64,000 bases of DNA from Bacteroidales bacterium (GCA_041656735.1 JBBACY010000008.1:4041-68040), one strand, 5' to 3'; shown: positions 51,906 to 61,098, counted from the first letter of the stretch. The notes: generated from the letters alone by a model not told the origin. Translations and numbers: made by a program.

Positions 51906-52904
51906 ATGATTCGTGTTTGGCTTAAAGCGCTTAGGGTTATCCCAAAAGTTTCAAAACAAGAATGGGATAGTTACGATATCGTTTCAAGGTGGCTTATTTC
52001 AACCCGTGCCGCCGTTTTTATTATGACTGGACTTGCCGCAGCCATTGGTGGTTTGCTGGCATATCGATCGGGGAGTTTTTCTTGGCCCATCTTTTTACTC
52101 ACATTCTTCGGCTTAATCTTTGCCCATGCCACCAATAATCTATTAAACGATTATGTTGACTTTACAAAGGGTGTTGATAAGGATAATTATTTTCGTGCTC
52201 TCTACGGCCCACACCCACTCGAAAATGGTTTTCTCACCAAGAATCGTTTTATAACCTATATTGTTGTAACCGGGTTACTTGCTTTAGTGGCAGGGCTTGC
52301 CATTACCTATTTGGTTGGTTTGCAAACACTGTGGCTGCTTGTTCCTGGACTTTTTTTCTTGCTTTTTTACACCTGGCCACTAAAATACTATGGACTGGGC
52401 GAAATTTCGGTAGTTCTTGTTTGGGGGCCATTAATGATTGGCGGAAGCTATTTTGTTGTATCGGGTGGAGAATGGAGTAACTGGGTGGCATTGGTTAGCC
52501 TAGTGTATGCCTTTGGTCCAACAACGGTGCTGTTGGGCAAGCACGCCGATAAACTAGAGGCCGATAAGGCTAAAAACATCCATACTATTCCGGTTTTAAT
52601 TGGCCAAAAAGCTTCGCGCTACTCAATCATTGTACTTTGGGTAATTCAGTATGCCTTAGTAGCCTTTTTTGTTATAACGGGTCAGCTGGGGCCAGCAGTA
52701 CTATTGGTTTTACTATCAATACCAAAGTTTATTCAAATGACCAAGGTTATGCTCCAAAAACGACCAGAAGTGCAACCTGAGGGCAAAGAGGGGATAGGCT
52801 GGCCATTGTATTTGGTTAGTAGAGCATTCGTGTTTAACCGATCGTTTGGAATGCTGTTCCTGTTGGGTTTAATTGCCGATGTTATTATTCTGAAATTTTT
52901 CTAG
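51906..52904 (+). CDS. UbiA-superfamily prenyltransferase, MenA-like
   Basis: Multi-TM protein; first Asp-rich motif HATNNLLNDYVDFTKGVD, FYTWPLKYYGLGE; divergent second motif KHADKLEADK. Confidence 0.8.
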   Translation: MIRVWLKALRVIPKVSKQEWDSYDIVSRWLISTRAAVFIMTGLAAAIGGLLAYRSGSFSWPIFLLTFFGLIFAHATNNLLNDYVDFTKGVDKDNYFRALYGPHPLENGFLTKNRFITYIVVTGLLALVAGLAITYLVGLQTLWLLVPGLFFLLFYTWPLKYYGLGEISVVLVWGPLMIGGSYFVVSGGEWSNWVALVSLVYAFGPTTVLLGKHADKLEADKAKNIHTIPVLIGQKASRYSIIVLWVIQYALVAFFVITGQLGPAVLLVLLSIPKFIQMTKVMLQKRPEVQPEGKEGIGWPLYLVSRAFVFNRSFGMLFLLGLIADVIILKFF

Positions 52905-53028
52905 TGATAATTCAACCGCTTAAGTTATAACTGACGTATAGTGTGAAGCTCATTGCCTTTATAAATACAAAAACGGTTTATTGTTTATGTATATAGAGGT
53001 TTTTTAGTGCCCTTTAATATTCTTATTT

Positions 53029-54624
53029 ATGATAAACGCAGCCACAACAGTAATCAAAACCAACATAAAAAGGAGGTCTGACTCATTTGTTGAGAACTAT
53101 AAGGAAACTCAGATAATTATGGAAGAGTTTAAAACAGCAACATCTGCAGTTCTCAACAGAAACAACGATAGCTATGTGGTTAAGCACAGGGCAAAGGGTA
53201 AGATGACTGCCCGCGAGCGTGTTGATAGTTTAATTGATAAGAATACTACATTTTTCGAATTCTCAACCTTAGCTGCAAATGGACTTTACGATAATAAATT
53301 TCATAGTGCCGGAATTATTACTGGCATTGGTGTAATTCAGGGTATTGAGTCCATTATTATTGCAAACGACCCAACAGTAAAAGGAGGAACCTACGTAAAA
53401 GAAACGATTAAGAAACATCTTAGGGCTCAGGAGGTTGCACTTAATAACCATTTACCCTGTGTTTATATTGTTGAGTCGGGTGGAATATTTCTACCCGAAC
53501 AGGCTAATGTTTTTGCTGATCATGACCACTTTGGCAAAATATTTTACAACCAATCCAAGTTATCTGCTGCGGGTATTCCTCAAATTGCAATGGTTATGGG
53601 TTCTTGTACTGCTGGTGGTGCGTACATTCCTGCCATGAGCGACGAATCGATAATTGTTGATAAGCAAGGAACCATATTCCTTGCGGGGCCACCGCTTGTT
53701 AAAGCCGCTATTGGAGAAGAAGTAACTGCCGAGGATCTCGGCGGAGCCTATGTGCATACCCACATTTCGGGTGTAGCCGATCATTTTGCAAAAACAGAGG
53801 CTGATGCCATTCAAACGTGCCGAAATATTTTTGAGTACCTCCCAAAGCCTCGCAAGCATAGTAACAAATCCGAAAGTTTTGAGAAGCCACTATACTCTAT
53901 GGATGAGCTTTATGGGGTAATACACTCTCAAACTTCTCGCTGGATAGACCCATACGAAATTATTGCTCGGGTTGTTGATGGTAGTAAATTTCAGGAGTTT
54001 AAACCCAGCTATGGAAAAACCATAGTTACAGGCTTTGCTAAAATTATGGGGCAAACCATTGGGGTTATTGCCAATAACGGTGTGCTTTTTTCCGAGTCGG
54101 CGCTTAAGGCTACGCATTTTATTGAGATGTGTAGTATTCGAAAAATACCACTCGTTTTTTTGCATAATATAACGGGTTTTATGGTTGGTAAAAGTGCCGA
54201 ACAAAAAGGTATTGCAAAAGACGGAGCCAAAATGGTGCATGCGGTTGCCAATGCAAATGTTCCAAAAATCACCATCGTCTTTGGCCGCTCGCACGGTGCG
54301 GGCAACTATGCAATGGCAGGCCGTGCCTATAAACCTACACTACTTTTTGCATGGCCTAACTCCAAAATTTCAGTTATGGGAGGTCGTCAGGCAGCTGAGG
54401 TTCTCGGTAGCGTAAAGCAGAAAGGCGTTGAAGATATTGATGAGTTTAAAAAAGAAATCATAAAGCGTTACGAAGATGAAGCATCGGCTTACTTTGGCAC
54501 TGCGCGCCTTTGGGACGATGGTATTATCGATCCTGTGGATACACGAAAAGCAATTGCCTTGGGTTTATCTATTGCTGCTAACAAAGAAGTTCCGCATTAC
54601 AAGCCCGGTATTTATAGAATGTAA
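53029..54624 (+). CDS. Acyl-CoA carboxylase carboxyltransferase, methylcrotonyl-CoA carboxylase beta (LiuB-like)
   Basis: ANDPTVKGGTY, ESGGIFLP, GSCTAGGAY, FLAGPPLVKAA, NITGFMVG, GAGNYAMAGRAY, ARLWDDGIIDP. Confidence 0.9.
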   Translation: MINAATTVIKTNIKRRSDSFVENYKETQIIMEEFKTATSAVLNRNNDSYVVKHRAKGKMTARERVDSLIDKNTTFFEFSTLAANGLYDNKFHSAGIITGIGVIQGIESIIIANDPTVKGGTYVKETIKKHLRAQEVALNNHLPCVYIVESGGIFLPEQANVFADHDHFGKIFYNQSKLSAAGIPQIAMVMGSCTAGGAYIPAMSDESIIVDKQGTIFLAGPPLVKAAIGEEVTAEDLGGAYVHTHISGVADHFAKTEADAIQTCRNIFEYLPKPRKHSNKSESFEKPLYSMDELYGVIHSQTSRWIDPYEIIARVVDGSKFQEFKPSYGKTIVTGFAKIMGQTIGVIANNGVLFSESALKATHFIEMCSIRKIPLVFLHNITGFMVGKSAEQKGIAKDGAKMVHAVANANVPKITIVFGRSHGAGNYAMAGRAYKPTLLFAWPNSKISVMGGRQAAEVLGSVKQKGVEDIDEFKKEIIKRYEDEASAYFGTARLWDDGIIDPVDTRKAIALGLSIAANKEVPHYKPGIYRM

Positions 54625-54629
54625 AAAGT

Positions 54630-55433
54630 ATGGATAGTTACAACGAGATATGCATTGATACTAAAGGTGGTGTAACCACAATTTGGCTTAATAAACCAGA
54701 TTTGCATAATGCTGTAAGTATTCAGATGCTAGAAGAGTTGACCGATTGCTTTCACTCCATTGAGCAAATGGATAACGTTAGGGTCATCGTTTTAAGAGGT
54801 AAGGGTAAGTCGTTTAGTGCTGGTGCCAATCTTGTTAATATGCTTGCAGTTAGCAAGTCAGGTTACGAGCAAAACCTTGACGATGGGTACAAGTGGACTA
54901 GTTGTTTAAGTTCAATTGCAAGTTCAAGTAAGCCAACTATTGCCATTGCAACGGGCAACGTATTTGGCGGAGGGAATGGGCTTCTGGCAGCTGCCGATAT
55001 GGTGATTGCCGATGAGAATGCAATATTTTCGTTCTCAGAGGTGAAACTAGGTCTTGCCCCCTCAACAATATTACCTTATGTGTTAACTCGTGTTAACCAG
55101 CAAAAGGCTAAGTACCTAATGCTTACAGGCAAAAGATTTAGCGCAGCCGAAGGGTACGACTATGGTCTTGTTGATTTTTTAACACCCTCCGAAAAGATTG
55201 AAGCATTATTGAACTCAATCATCGCCGATTTACGTAAAGCTTCTCCCAGCGGGATTAAGGAAATTAAACGATTGATAAGGGAACTTGGACATTGCTCTAA
55301 CATTGATGAGGTAAACAACCTAACGGCCAACTCCATTGCCACTTTAAAAACATCTACAGAGGCTCAGGAGGGCATTAGCGCATTTATTGAAAAACGGAAG
55401 CCTTACTGGCTAGTTGAAAATGAAAACGAATAA
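54630..55433 (+). CDS. Crotonase-family enzyme, methylglutaconyl-CoA hydratase (LiuC-like)
   Basis: LNKPDLHNA, FSAGANL, GGGNGL (no first Glu) and FSEVKLGLAP (second Glu), as in bacterial LiuC-type hydratases; EAQEGISAFIEKRKP. Confidence 0.8.
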   Translation: MDSYNEICIDTKGGVTTIWLNKPDLHNAVSIQMLEELTDCFHSIEQMDNVRVIVLRGKGKSFSAGANLVNMLAVSKSGYEQNLDDGYKWTSCLSSIASSSKPTIAIATGNVFGGGNGLLAAADMVIADENAIFSFSEVKLGLAPSTILPYVLTRVNQQKAKYLMLTGKRFSAAEGYDYGLVDFLTPSEKIEALLNSIIADLRKASPSGIKEIKRLIRELGHCSNIDEVNNLTANSIATLKTSTEAQEGISAFIEKRKPYWLVENENE

Positions 55434-55454
55434 GATAATCTGAAAGATAAGAAT

Positions 55455-56597
55455 ATGCATCATCCATTAATAAACAAACAGCATAATGACCTTCGTGAAC
55501 AAGTTCGTATTTTTGCTGAAAAGGAGATAAAGCCATTGGCTCAAGGGCTCGATGAACGAAGCGAGTTTTCGGTTGAACTAACCAAAGCGATGGGTAAAAT
55601 TGGACTCTTCGGAATGAACCTACCTGTGGAGTTTGGCGGTCGAAATCTCGACACCCTTTCATACATCATCGCCGTTGAGGAGTTGGCGCGGGTTGATAGT
55701 TCCCAGGCGGCTACTATGGCTGCCCATAATTCGTTGGGAATTACTCCAATTTACAAGTACGGCAATAGTGAGCAGCAAAAACGTTTGCTGCCTAGTTTAA
55801 CCTCAGGCGAAGGCGTTTGGGCATTTGGTTTAACCGAGCCCAATGCTGGTTCTGATGCCCGAGCCATTGAAACTACAGCGCTTCTTAAAACCAATCAATG
55901 GGTTGTAAATGGTCAAAAGATATTTATAACCAACTCGGCATCAGAGTTATCCAAGGGAGTAACTCTATTGGCCAACACAAGCGATAAGGAGGGTCAAAAG
56001 GAATTCTCAGCCATTATTGTCGAGAGGGAGGTATCAGAATACAAAGCAGAACCAATTCATAATAAGATGGTTTGGCGGGCTGCCGATACGGGGCTGTTAA
56101 CATTTAATAATACCATTGTTCCAGAACAAAATTTGCTTGGCGAGCGTGGAAGAGGGATGCATTATATGTTGGAAACCTTAGATTCTGGTAGACTTTCAAT
56201 TGCTGCAGTTGGACTTGGTTTGGCGCAAGGAGCATTCGAAATGGCGAATGCGTATGCTAAAAAAAGGCATCAGTTTGGCAAGTCACTATCGAAAATTCAC
56301 GCTATTTCCGATAAGTTAGCCGAAATGGATATTAAGCTCGAATTGGCAAGAAACTACCTTTACTACAGCTGTTGGCTAAAGGATAATAACCTGCCTTTTA
56401 AAAAGCAGGCTGCCATCTCGAAACTATATACATCCGAAATTGCTAAGCAGATAGCCGACGAAGCCGTTCAGATTTTTGGCGGTTACGGACTGTTTAAAAA
56501 TAATGATATTGAGCGTTTTTACCGCGACCAGCGTATTCTGGGTATTGGAGAAGGAACTACAGAAATTTTGAAATTGGTGATTGCCAGGAGTATATAA
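55455..56597 (+). CDS. Acyl-CoA dehydrogenase (short/branched-chain type)
   Basis: FGLTEPNAGSDA, NGQKIFITN, RLSIAA, AVQIFGGYG, RFYRDQRILGIGEGTTEI. Confidence 0.92.
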   Translation: MHHPLINKQHNDLREQVRIFAEKEIKPLAQGLDERSEFSVELTKAMGKIGLFGMNLPVEFGGRNLDTLSYIIAVEELARVDSSQAATMAAHNSLGITPIYKYGNSEQQKRLLPSLTSGEGVWAFGLTEPNAGSDARAIETTALLKTNQWVVNGQKIFITNSASELSKGVTLLANTSDKEGQKEFSAIIVEREVSEYKAEPIHNKMVWRAADTGLLTFNNTIVPEQNLLGERGRGMHYMLETLDSGRLSIAAVGLGLAQGAFEMANAYAKKRHQFGKSLSKIHAISDKLAEMDIKLELARNYLYYSCWLKDNNLPFKKQAAISKLYTSEIAKQIADEAVQIFGGYGLFKNNDIERFYRDQRILGIGEGTTEILKLVIARSI

Positions 56598-56658
56598 CTT
56601 TTTCAAAGAAGAAACTCAGGCTTTCGGGGTAAAAACATAATTTACAGAGTTGTTAACT

Positions 56659-57966
56659 ATGAGTAATTCACAATATATTAACGGATTTTCAAAGCTAAGC
56701 AACAGCGAAAAAATCTCGATTATTGTTTCGCGTACTAACATTGCTATTGAACAGTTTAATGTGCTGAACCAATTTAAACTACAAAATACTGAAATACAGA
56801 AGCAGCTAAATGAGATTAGCGAAAACGTAGTATCCAACTATATGCTGCCTTTTAGCATAGCTCCTAACTTTATGGTGAATGGCAAGGCTTACTTTGTGCC
56901 AATGGTTATTGAGGAAAGTTCTGTAGTTGCTGCTGCATCGGCTGCGGCAAAATTTTGGTTCAATCGGGGTGGGTTTGTTGCCAAGGTAATTTCTACCATA
57001 AAGGTAGGGCAGGTGCATTTTAGGTGGCTGGACAATTCAAAGCAATTGAAATCAGAATTTGAAAACATTAAAGAGCGATTGATAGCAAGTTCCTCGCATT
57101 TGCTCGAGAATATGCGAAGGCGCAATGGGGGTATTGTTGATATTGAATTGATTGATTTTACCAATAAACTTGAGAACTACTACCAGGTAAGGGTTAAGTT
57201 TGAAACTGCCGATGCAATGGGAGCCAACATTATCAATTCGGTTCTTGAAGAGATGGCGCAGGCGTTAAAACAATATTTTTTTGAGCATTTTAGCGATGCT
57301 GAATCCGAATGCGACATTGTAATGGCAATTCTATCAAACCATACCCCCGAGAGCATTGTTGAGTGCTATGTTGAGTGTGATATTGATGATTTGGCGGAAA
57401 TTTCAGGCGAGCTATCGCCAATGGAATATGCTCAAAAATTTAAGCTGGCCGTTGATATTGCAAACGTCGATATTTACAGGGCTACAACCCACAATAAAGG
57501 AATCTACAATGGGGTTGATGCCGTTGTACTGGCTACCGGAAACGATTTTCGTGCGGTTGAGGCTTGTGGTCACTCTTACGCTGCCCGAAATGGGTACTAC
57601 AAAAGTTTAACAACTGTAGATATCGATAAGGGCAAATTTCGATATACGCTTCGTATTCCTATGGCACTGGGAACGGTGGGGGGATTAACCAATCTTCACC
57701 CCTTGGCAAAACTCTCGCTCGATATTTTGGGTAAGCCATCGGCTAAAGAGCTAATGGCAATAGTTGCAGCAGCAGGACTTGCAAATACATTTTCGGCAGT
57801 TCGGGCGCTTACTACCTCCGGAATTCAGAAGGGACATATGCGATTTCATCTAAATAATATTTTAAGTTTGCTAAACGCAACCAATGATCAGAAAGAGCGG
57901 GCAGAGGAGTACTTTAAAAACAGGAAGGTTTCGCATAAATCTGTACAAGAATTTCTAGGAAGTTAA
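56659..57966 (+). CDS. mvaA: Class II HMG-CoA reductase
   Basis: ENVVS, PMVIEESSVVAA (Glu), DAMGAN, THNKGIYNG (Lys), GNDFRA (Asp), IQKGHM (His); ATG 56659 (ORF track starts at TTG 56650). Confidence 0.95.
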   Translation: MSNSQYINGFSKLSNSEKISIIVSRTNIAIEQFNVLNQFKLQNTEIQKQLNEISENVVSNYMLPFSIAPNFMVNGKAYFVPMVIEESSVVAAASAAAKFWFNRGGFVAKVISTIKVGQVHFRWLDNSKQLKSEFENIKERLIASSSHLLENMRRRNGGIVDIELIDFTNKLENYYQVRVKFETADAMGANIINSVLEEMAQALKQYFFEHFSDAESECDIVMAILSNHTPESIVECYVECDIDDLAEISGELSPMEYAQKFKLAVDIANVDIYRATTHNKGIYNGVDAVVLATGNDFRAVEACGHSYAARNGYYKSLTTVDIDKGKFRYTLRIPMALGTVGGLTNLHPLAKLSLDILGKPSAKELMAIVAAAGLANTFSAVRALTTSGIQKGHMRFHLNNILSLLNATNDQKERAEEYFKNRKVSHKSVQEFLGS

Positions 57967-58006
57967 ATCTATTCTTTCTGTTTTGCATAACTAATAGTTT
58001 CATTCA

Positions 58007-58924
58007 ATGTACGCTAAATTCTACGCCCACGGAAAGCTTCTTATCACGGGTGAGTACTTTGTACTTGCAGGTGCCAAAGCATTTGCACTGCCCCTTAAAC
58101 TTGGCCAAAGTTTGCAGGTTGCGGAGGTAGAGGGCGATAGTAGGATTATAAAATGGCAAACCACCGTACAGGGTAGTAGCTGGTTTTCTGCGGAGTTTAA
58201 ACTTGATGATTTTTCGATTATCAACACAAACAGAATAAAATCAGCAGAGTACATTCAACTTTTATTAATCTATATTAATCAAAAAAGTTTGGTCTTCAGA
58301 AACTTAAAAAGACAGTTAATACTTGCGGCTAATGTTGATTTTCCAATGGATTGGGGCTTGGGTAGCAGCTCAACGCTAATATCAAACTTGGCAAATTGGG
58401 CGGGCATAGACCCATACAGTATGCTGTTTGCCGTTTCCAAAGGGTCGGGTTACGATATTGCTTGCGCCACCGCAAAAGGGCCAATACTATATAGTAATTT
58501 GGTTAAACCTACGGTAGAAAAGGCGTGTTTCAATCCCAGTTTCGGCGAGAACCTTTACTTTGTTTATTTGGAAAGAAAGCAGGATACAGCAATAAGCATC
58601 AATTTGGTAGGTTCTAAAATTTTTGAGCAAAAGGATGAGGCAAAAAGAATTACAGAGCTTGCCAAACTTGTGATAAACTCCAAAAGTCTTGATGAGTTTA
58701 ATGGCTATTTAAATGAGCACGAGGAAATTGTGTCGAGGGCAATAGGTTTGCCAACGGTTAAGTCAGAGCTGTTTAATGATTTTACAGGAACTGTAAAATC
58801 GTTGGGTGCTTGGGGTGGCGACTTTGTTTTAGCCACTCATCGTGGGACAGTCGATGATGTTGTTAACTACTTTAAACAAAAGGGTTACAGCGTAATACTC
58901 AAATATAATGATATTGTGCTATGA
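58007..58924 (+). CDS. GYDIA-type GHMP kinase, phosphomevalonate kinase candidate
   Basis: HGKLLITGEY, WGLGSSST, SGYDIAC, KSLGAWGGDF. Confidence 0.8.
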   Translation: MYAKFYAHGKLLITGEYFVLAGAKAFALPLKLGQSLQVAEVEGDSRIIKWQTTVQGSSWFSAEFKLDDFSIINTNRIKSAEYIQLLLIYINQKSLVFRNLKRQLILAANVDFPMDWGLGSSSTLISNLANWAGIDPYSMLFAVSKGSGYDIACATAKGPILYSNLVKPTVEKACFNPSFGENLYFVYLERKQDTAISINLVGSKIFEQKDEAKRITELAKLVINSKSLDEFNGYLNEHEEIVSRAIGLPTVKSELFNDFTGTVKSLGAWGGDFVLATHRGTVDDVVNYFKQKGYSVILKYNDIVL

Positions 58925-60024
58925 GCCATTTGCCACAAAGCAAAAAGTATTTAAAGGATGCCGAAAGCCTTACGTTTTTTGAGCTTTCCAGTCCTAAAAG
59001 TGTAGGTTGGGAAAGCCCATCGAATATTGCATTGGTAAAGTATTGGGGCAAGTATGGCGAGCAGCTGCCTCAGAATCCTTCGTTAAGTTTCACGCTTAAG
59101 CATTCTAAAACCATTACCCGAATTGAATATCAAAAGAAGCAGAAAGAATTGCCATTGCTTGAATACTATTTTGAGCAGAAGCAAAATATTGAATTTGAAG
59201 ATAAGGTTCGAAAATACCTTGACAGAATTTCAATTTACATTCCTTTTATAAAGAGACTTGATTTACTTATATACAGCCAAAATACGTTTCCGCATTCGGC
59301 AGGTATTGCCTCTTCGGCATCGGCATATAGCGCATTGGCGCTATGTTTATGCAGTATTGAGAATGAGTTATTTGGCAAGCTCAATGATACCCGTAAGTTT
59401 CTCCAAAAAGCATCGTTTTTGGCACGGTTGGGGTCGGGTAGCGCTTGTCGTTCAACCTATGGCGAGTTGGTTCTCTGGGGCGAAACCAAGAGTGTAAAAG
59501 GTTCGAGTAATGAGTCTGCCATTGAATTGAGAAGCGAAGTAAATTCTGTTTTCAAAAACTATTTTGATGCAATTCTCATAATCGACTCGGGCAAAAAGGA
59601 GCTTTCCAGCACCCTCGGGCACGGTTTAATGCAAAACCATCCATTTGCTACTGCTCGGTACGAGCAGGCTAGGCAAAATTTAGATAAAATTTTAGAAAGT
59701 CTAAAGATGGGCGACGAGCGGAATTTTGCTCAGATTGTTGAGAACGAGGCAATTACGCTGCACGCCCTACTTCTGTCATCGGTTCCATCGGTCTCGCTAC
59801 TTAAGCCAAACACGCTAGTGGCTCTCGAGAGGTTAAAGGCTTTTAGAACGAGTAGTCAACTTAATTTCACCTTTACGCTCGATGCAGGTGCCAATATCCA
59901 CATACTTTATAAAGCCTCAATTAGGACACAAATGGTTGATTTTATTACAAGTAACCTAACAGAACTATGTGAGAATGGACTTTGGATTGATGATGAAATT
60001 TCTACAGGACCCAATAAACTATAA
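58921..60024 (+). CDS. mvaD: Diphosphomevalonate decarboxylase
   Basis: SPSNIALVKYWGK, FPHSAGIASSAS, RLGSGSACRS, FTLDAGAN; ATGA overlap with the upstream kinase. Confidence 0.93.
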   Translation: MSHLPQSKKYLKDAESLTFFELSSPKSVGWESPSNIALVKYWGKYGEQLPQNPSLSFTLKHSKTITRIEYQKKQKELPLLEYYFEQKQNIEFEDKVRKYLDRISIYIPFIKRLDLLIYSQNTFPHSAGIASSASAYSALALCLCSIENELFGKLNDTRKFLQKASFLARLGSGSACRSTYGELVLWGETKSVKGSSNESAIELRSEVNSVFKNYFDAILIIDSGKKELSSTLGHGLMQNHPFATARYEQARQNLDKILESLKMGDERNFAQIVENEAITLHALLLSSVPSVSLLKPNTLVALERLKAFRTSSQLNFTFTLDAGANIHILYKASIRTQMVDFITSNLTELCENGLWIDDEISTGPNKL

Positions 60025-60036
60025 CCATACAAATTT

Positions 60037-60906
60037 GTGAAATACTTCAATTCTAAAATATTGCTATTTGGCGAGCATACGGTTCTCTATGGTTCCGATG
60101 CATTGCTAATGCCATTTTCAGGTTTTTCGGGTAAGTTCGATTTTATTTCAAATAATCAGTGCAACGACGACAAGTTGGTATCACACAAAATACTAGTTGC
60201 ATTTTCAGAATTCGTTGAGAAATCAGATTTTGCAAATCTTTTTAATAGTTCGCAGATTGCTTCGGAACTCAGCAAGGGACTTTACTTTAACTCTAATATC
60301 CCCATAGGTTATGGTGTAGGGAGTTCGGGTGCGATGGTAGCCGCATTTTATCGCAAATTTAAAATTGAGAAGGAAGAGAGGGAAATTGAAGAGGTACGAA
60401 GGATACTTGCTGAGCTTGAATCCTATTTCCACGGGACCAGCTCAGGCCTCGACCCATTGGTTAGCTATCTGAATAAACCATTACATAAAAGCAATAATGT
60501 AAATCAGGTGGATATTGAACTTTCTCCATTCAATGCATTTATAGTTGACACGGATATCTCCCGTTCTACGCAAAATCTGGTAAATGATTTTAAAGCTAAA
60601 GCAGGAGTTTCTGATTTTGAAAATTTGGTAATACCAGCTATCGTAAAAAGTACAAACGGATGCATTAAAGCAATTCTGAATGCAGATTTTGACGATTTCT
60701 TTTCTAACCTAAGGGAGCTATCCGCTTTACAATTTCAGCATCTGCAAGAATTTATCCCAGTCGATTATCGCTTTCTATGGAAAAAGGGGCTTAATACCGA
60801 TGGCTTTTACCTTAAACTATGCGGTGCGGGTGGTGGTGGGTACATTTTAGGGTTTGCTAAAAAATCTAGCGGACTGCCTAAAAGCAAGAAACTAATTATA
60901 TTGTAG
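60037..60906 (+). CDS. mvk: Mevalonate kinase
   Basis: KILLFGEH, SNIPIGYGVGSSGA, HGTSSGLD, KLCGAGGGG; GTG start. Confidence 0.85.
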   Translation: MKYFNSKILLFGEHTVLYGSDALLMPFSGFSGKFDFISNNQCNDDKLVSHKILVAFSEFVEKSDFANLFNSSQIASELSKGLYFNSNIPIGYGVGSSGAMVAAFYRKFKIEKEEREIEEVRRILAELESYFHGTSSGLDPLVSYLNKPLHKSNNVNQVDIELSPFNAFIVDTDISRSTQNLVNDFKAKAGVSDFENLVIPAIVKSTNGCIKAILNADFDDFFSNLRELSALQFQHLQEFIPVDYRFLWKKGLNTDGFYLKLCGAGGGGYILGFAKKSSGLPKSKKLIIL

Positions 60907-60940
60907 CCTTTATTCACCCAATTGTTTTAAAGCCTCAAAA

Positions 60941-61071
60941 GCTATTGCGCCTTATACCAACCGCTGTACACACCCTCGAGGATGTTGAAATCACGATTAA
61001 TTTTTTTGCTGAGTGAGCGCAGAAGTTGAAGGATGGGAAGTATTACGTCGAAAAAATGCCGCAGATATAGA
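60941..61071 (+). pseudogene. Direct repeat copy 2: detached, decaying 3' end of the SulA-like gene
   Basis: 122/131 identical to 51422-51552; TGT(Cys) changed to TGA in frame; no upstream gene body. Confidence 0.92.
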
Positions 61072-61098
61072 TTTTTAAACACTATTAATACATACAAA

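Noticed and set aside
51906-52904. Assigning the symbol menA
   Set aside because: Second Asp-rich motif is divergent and no men genes are adjacent.
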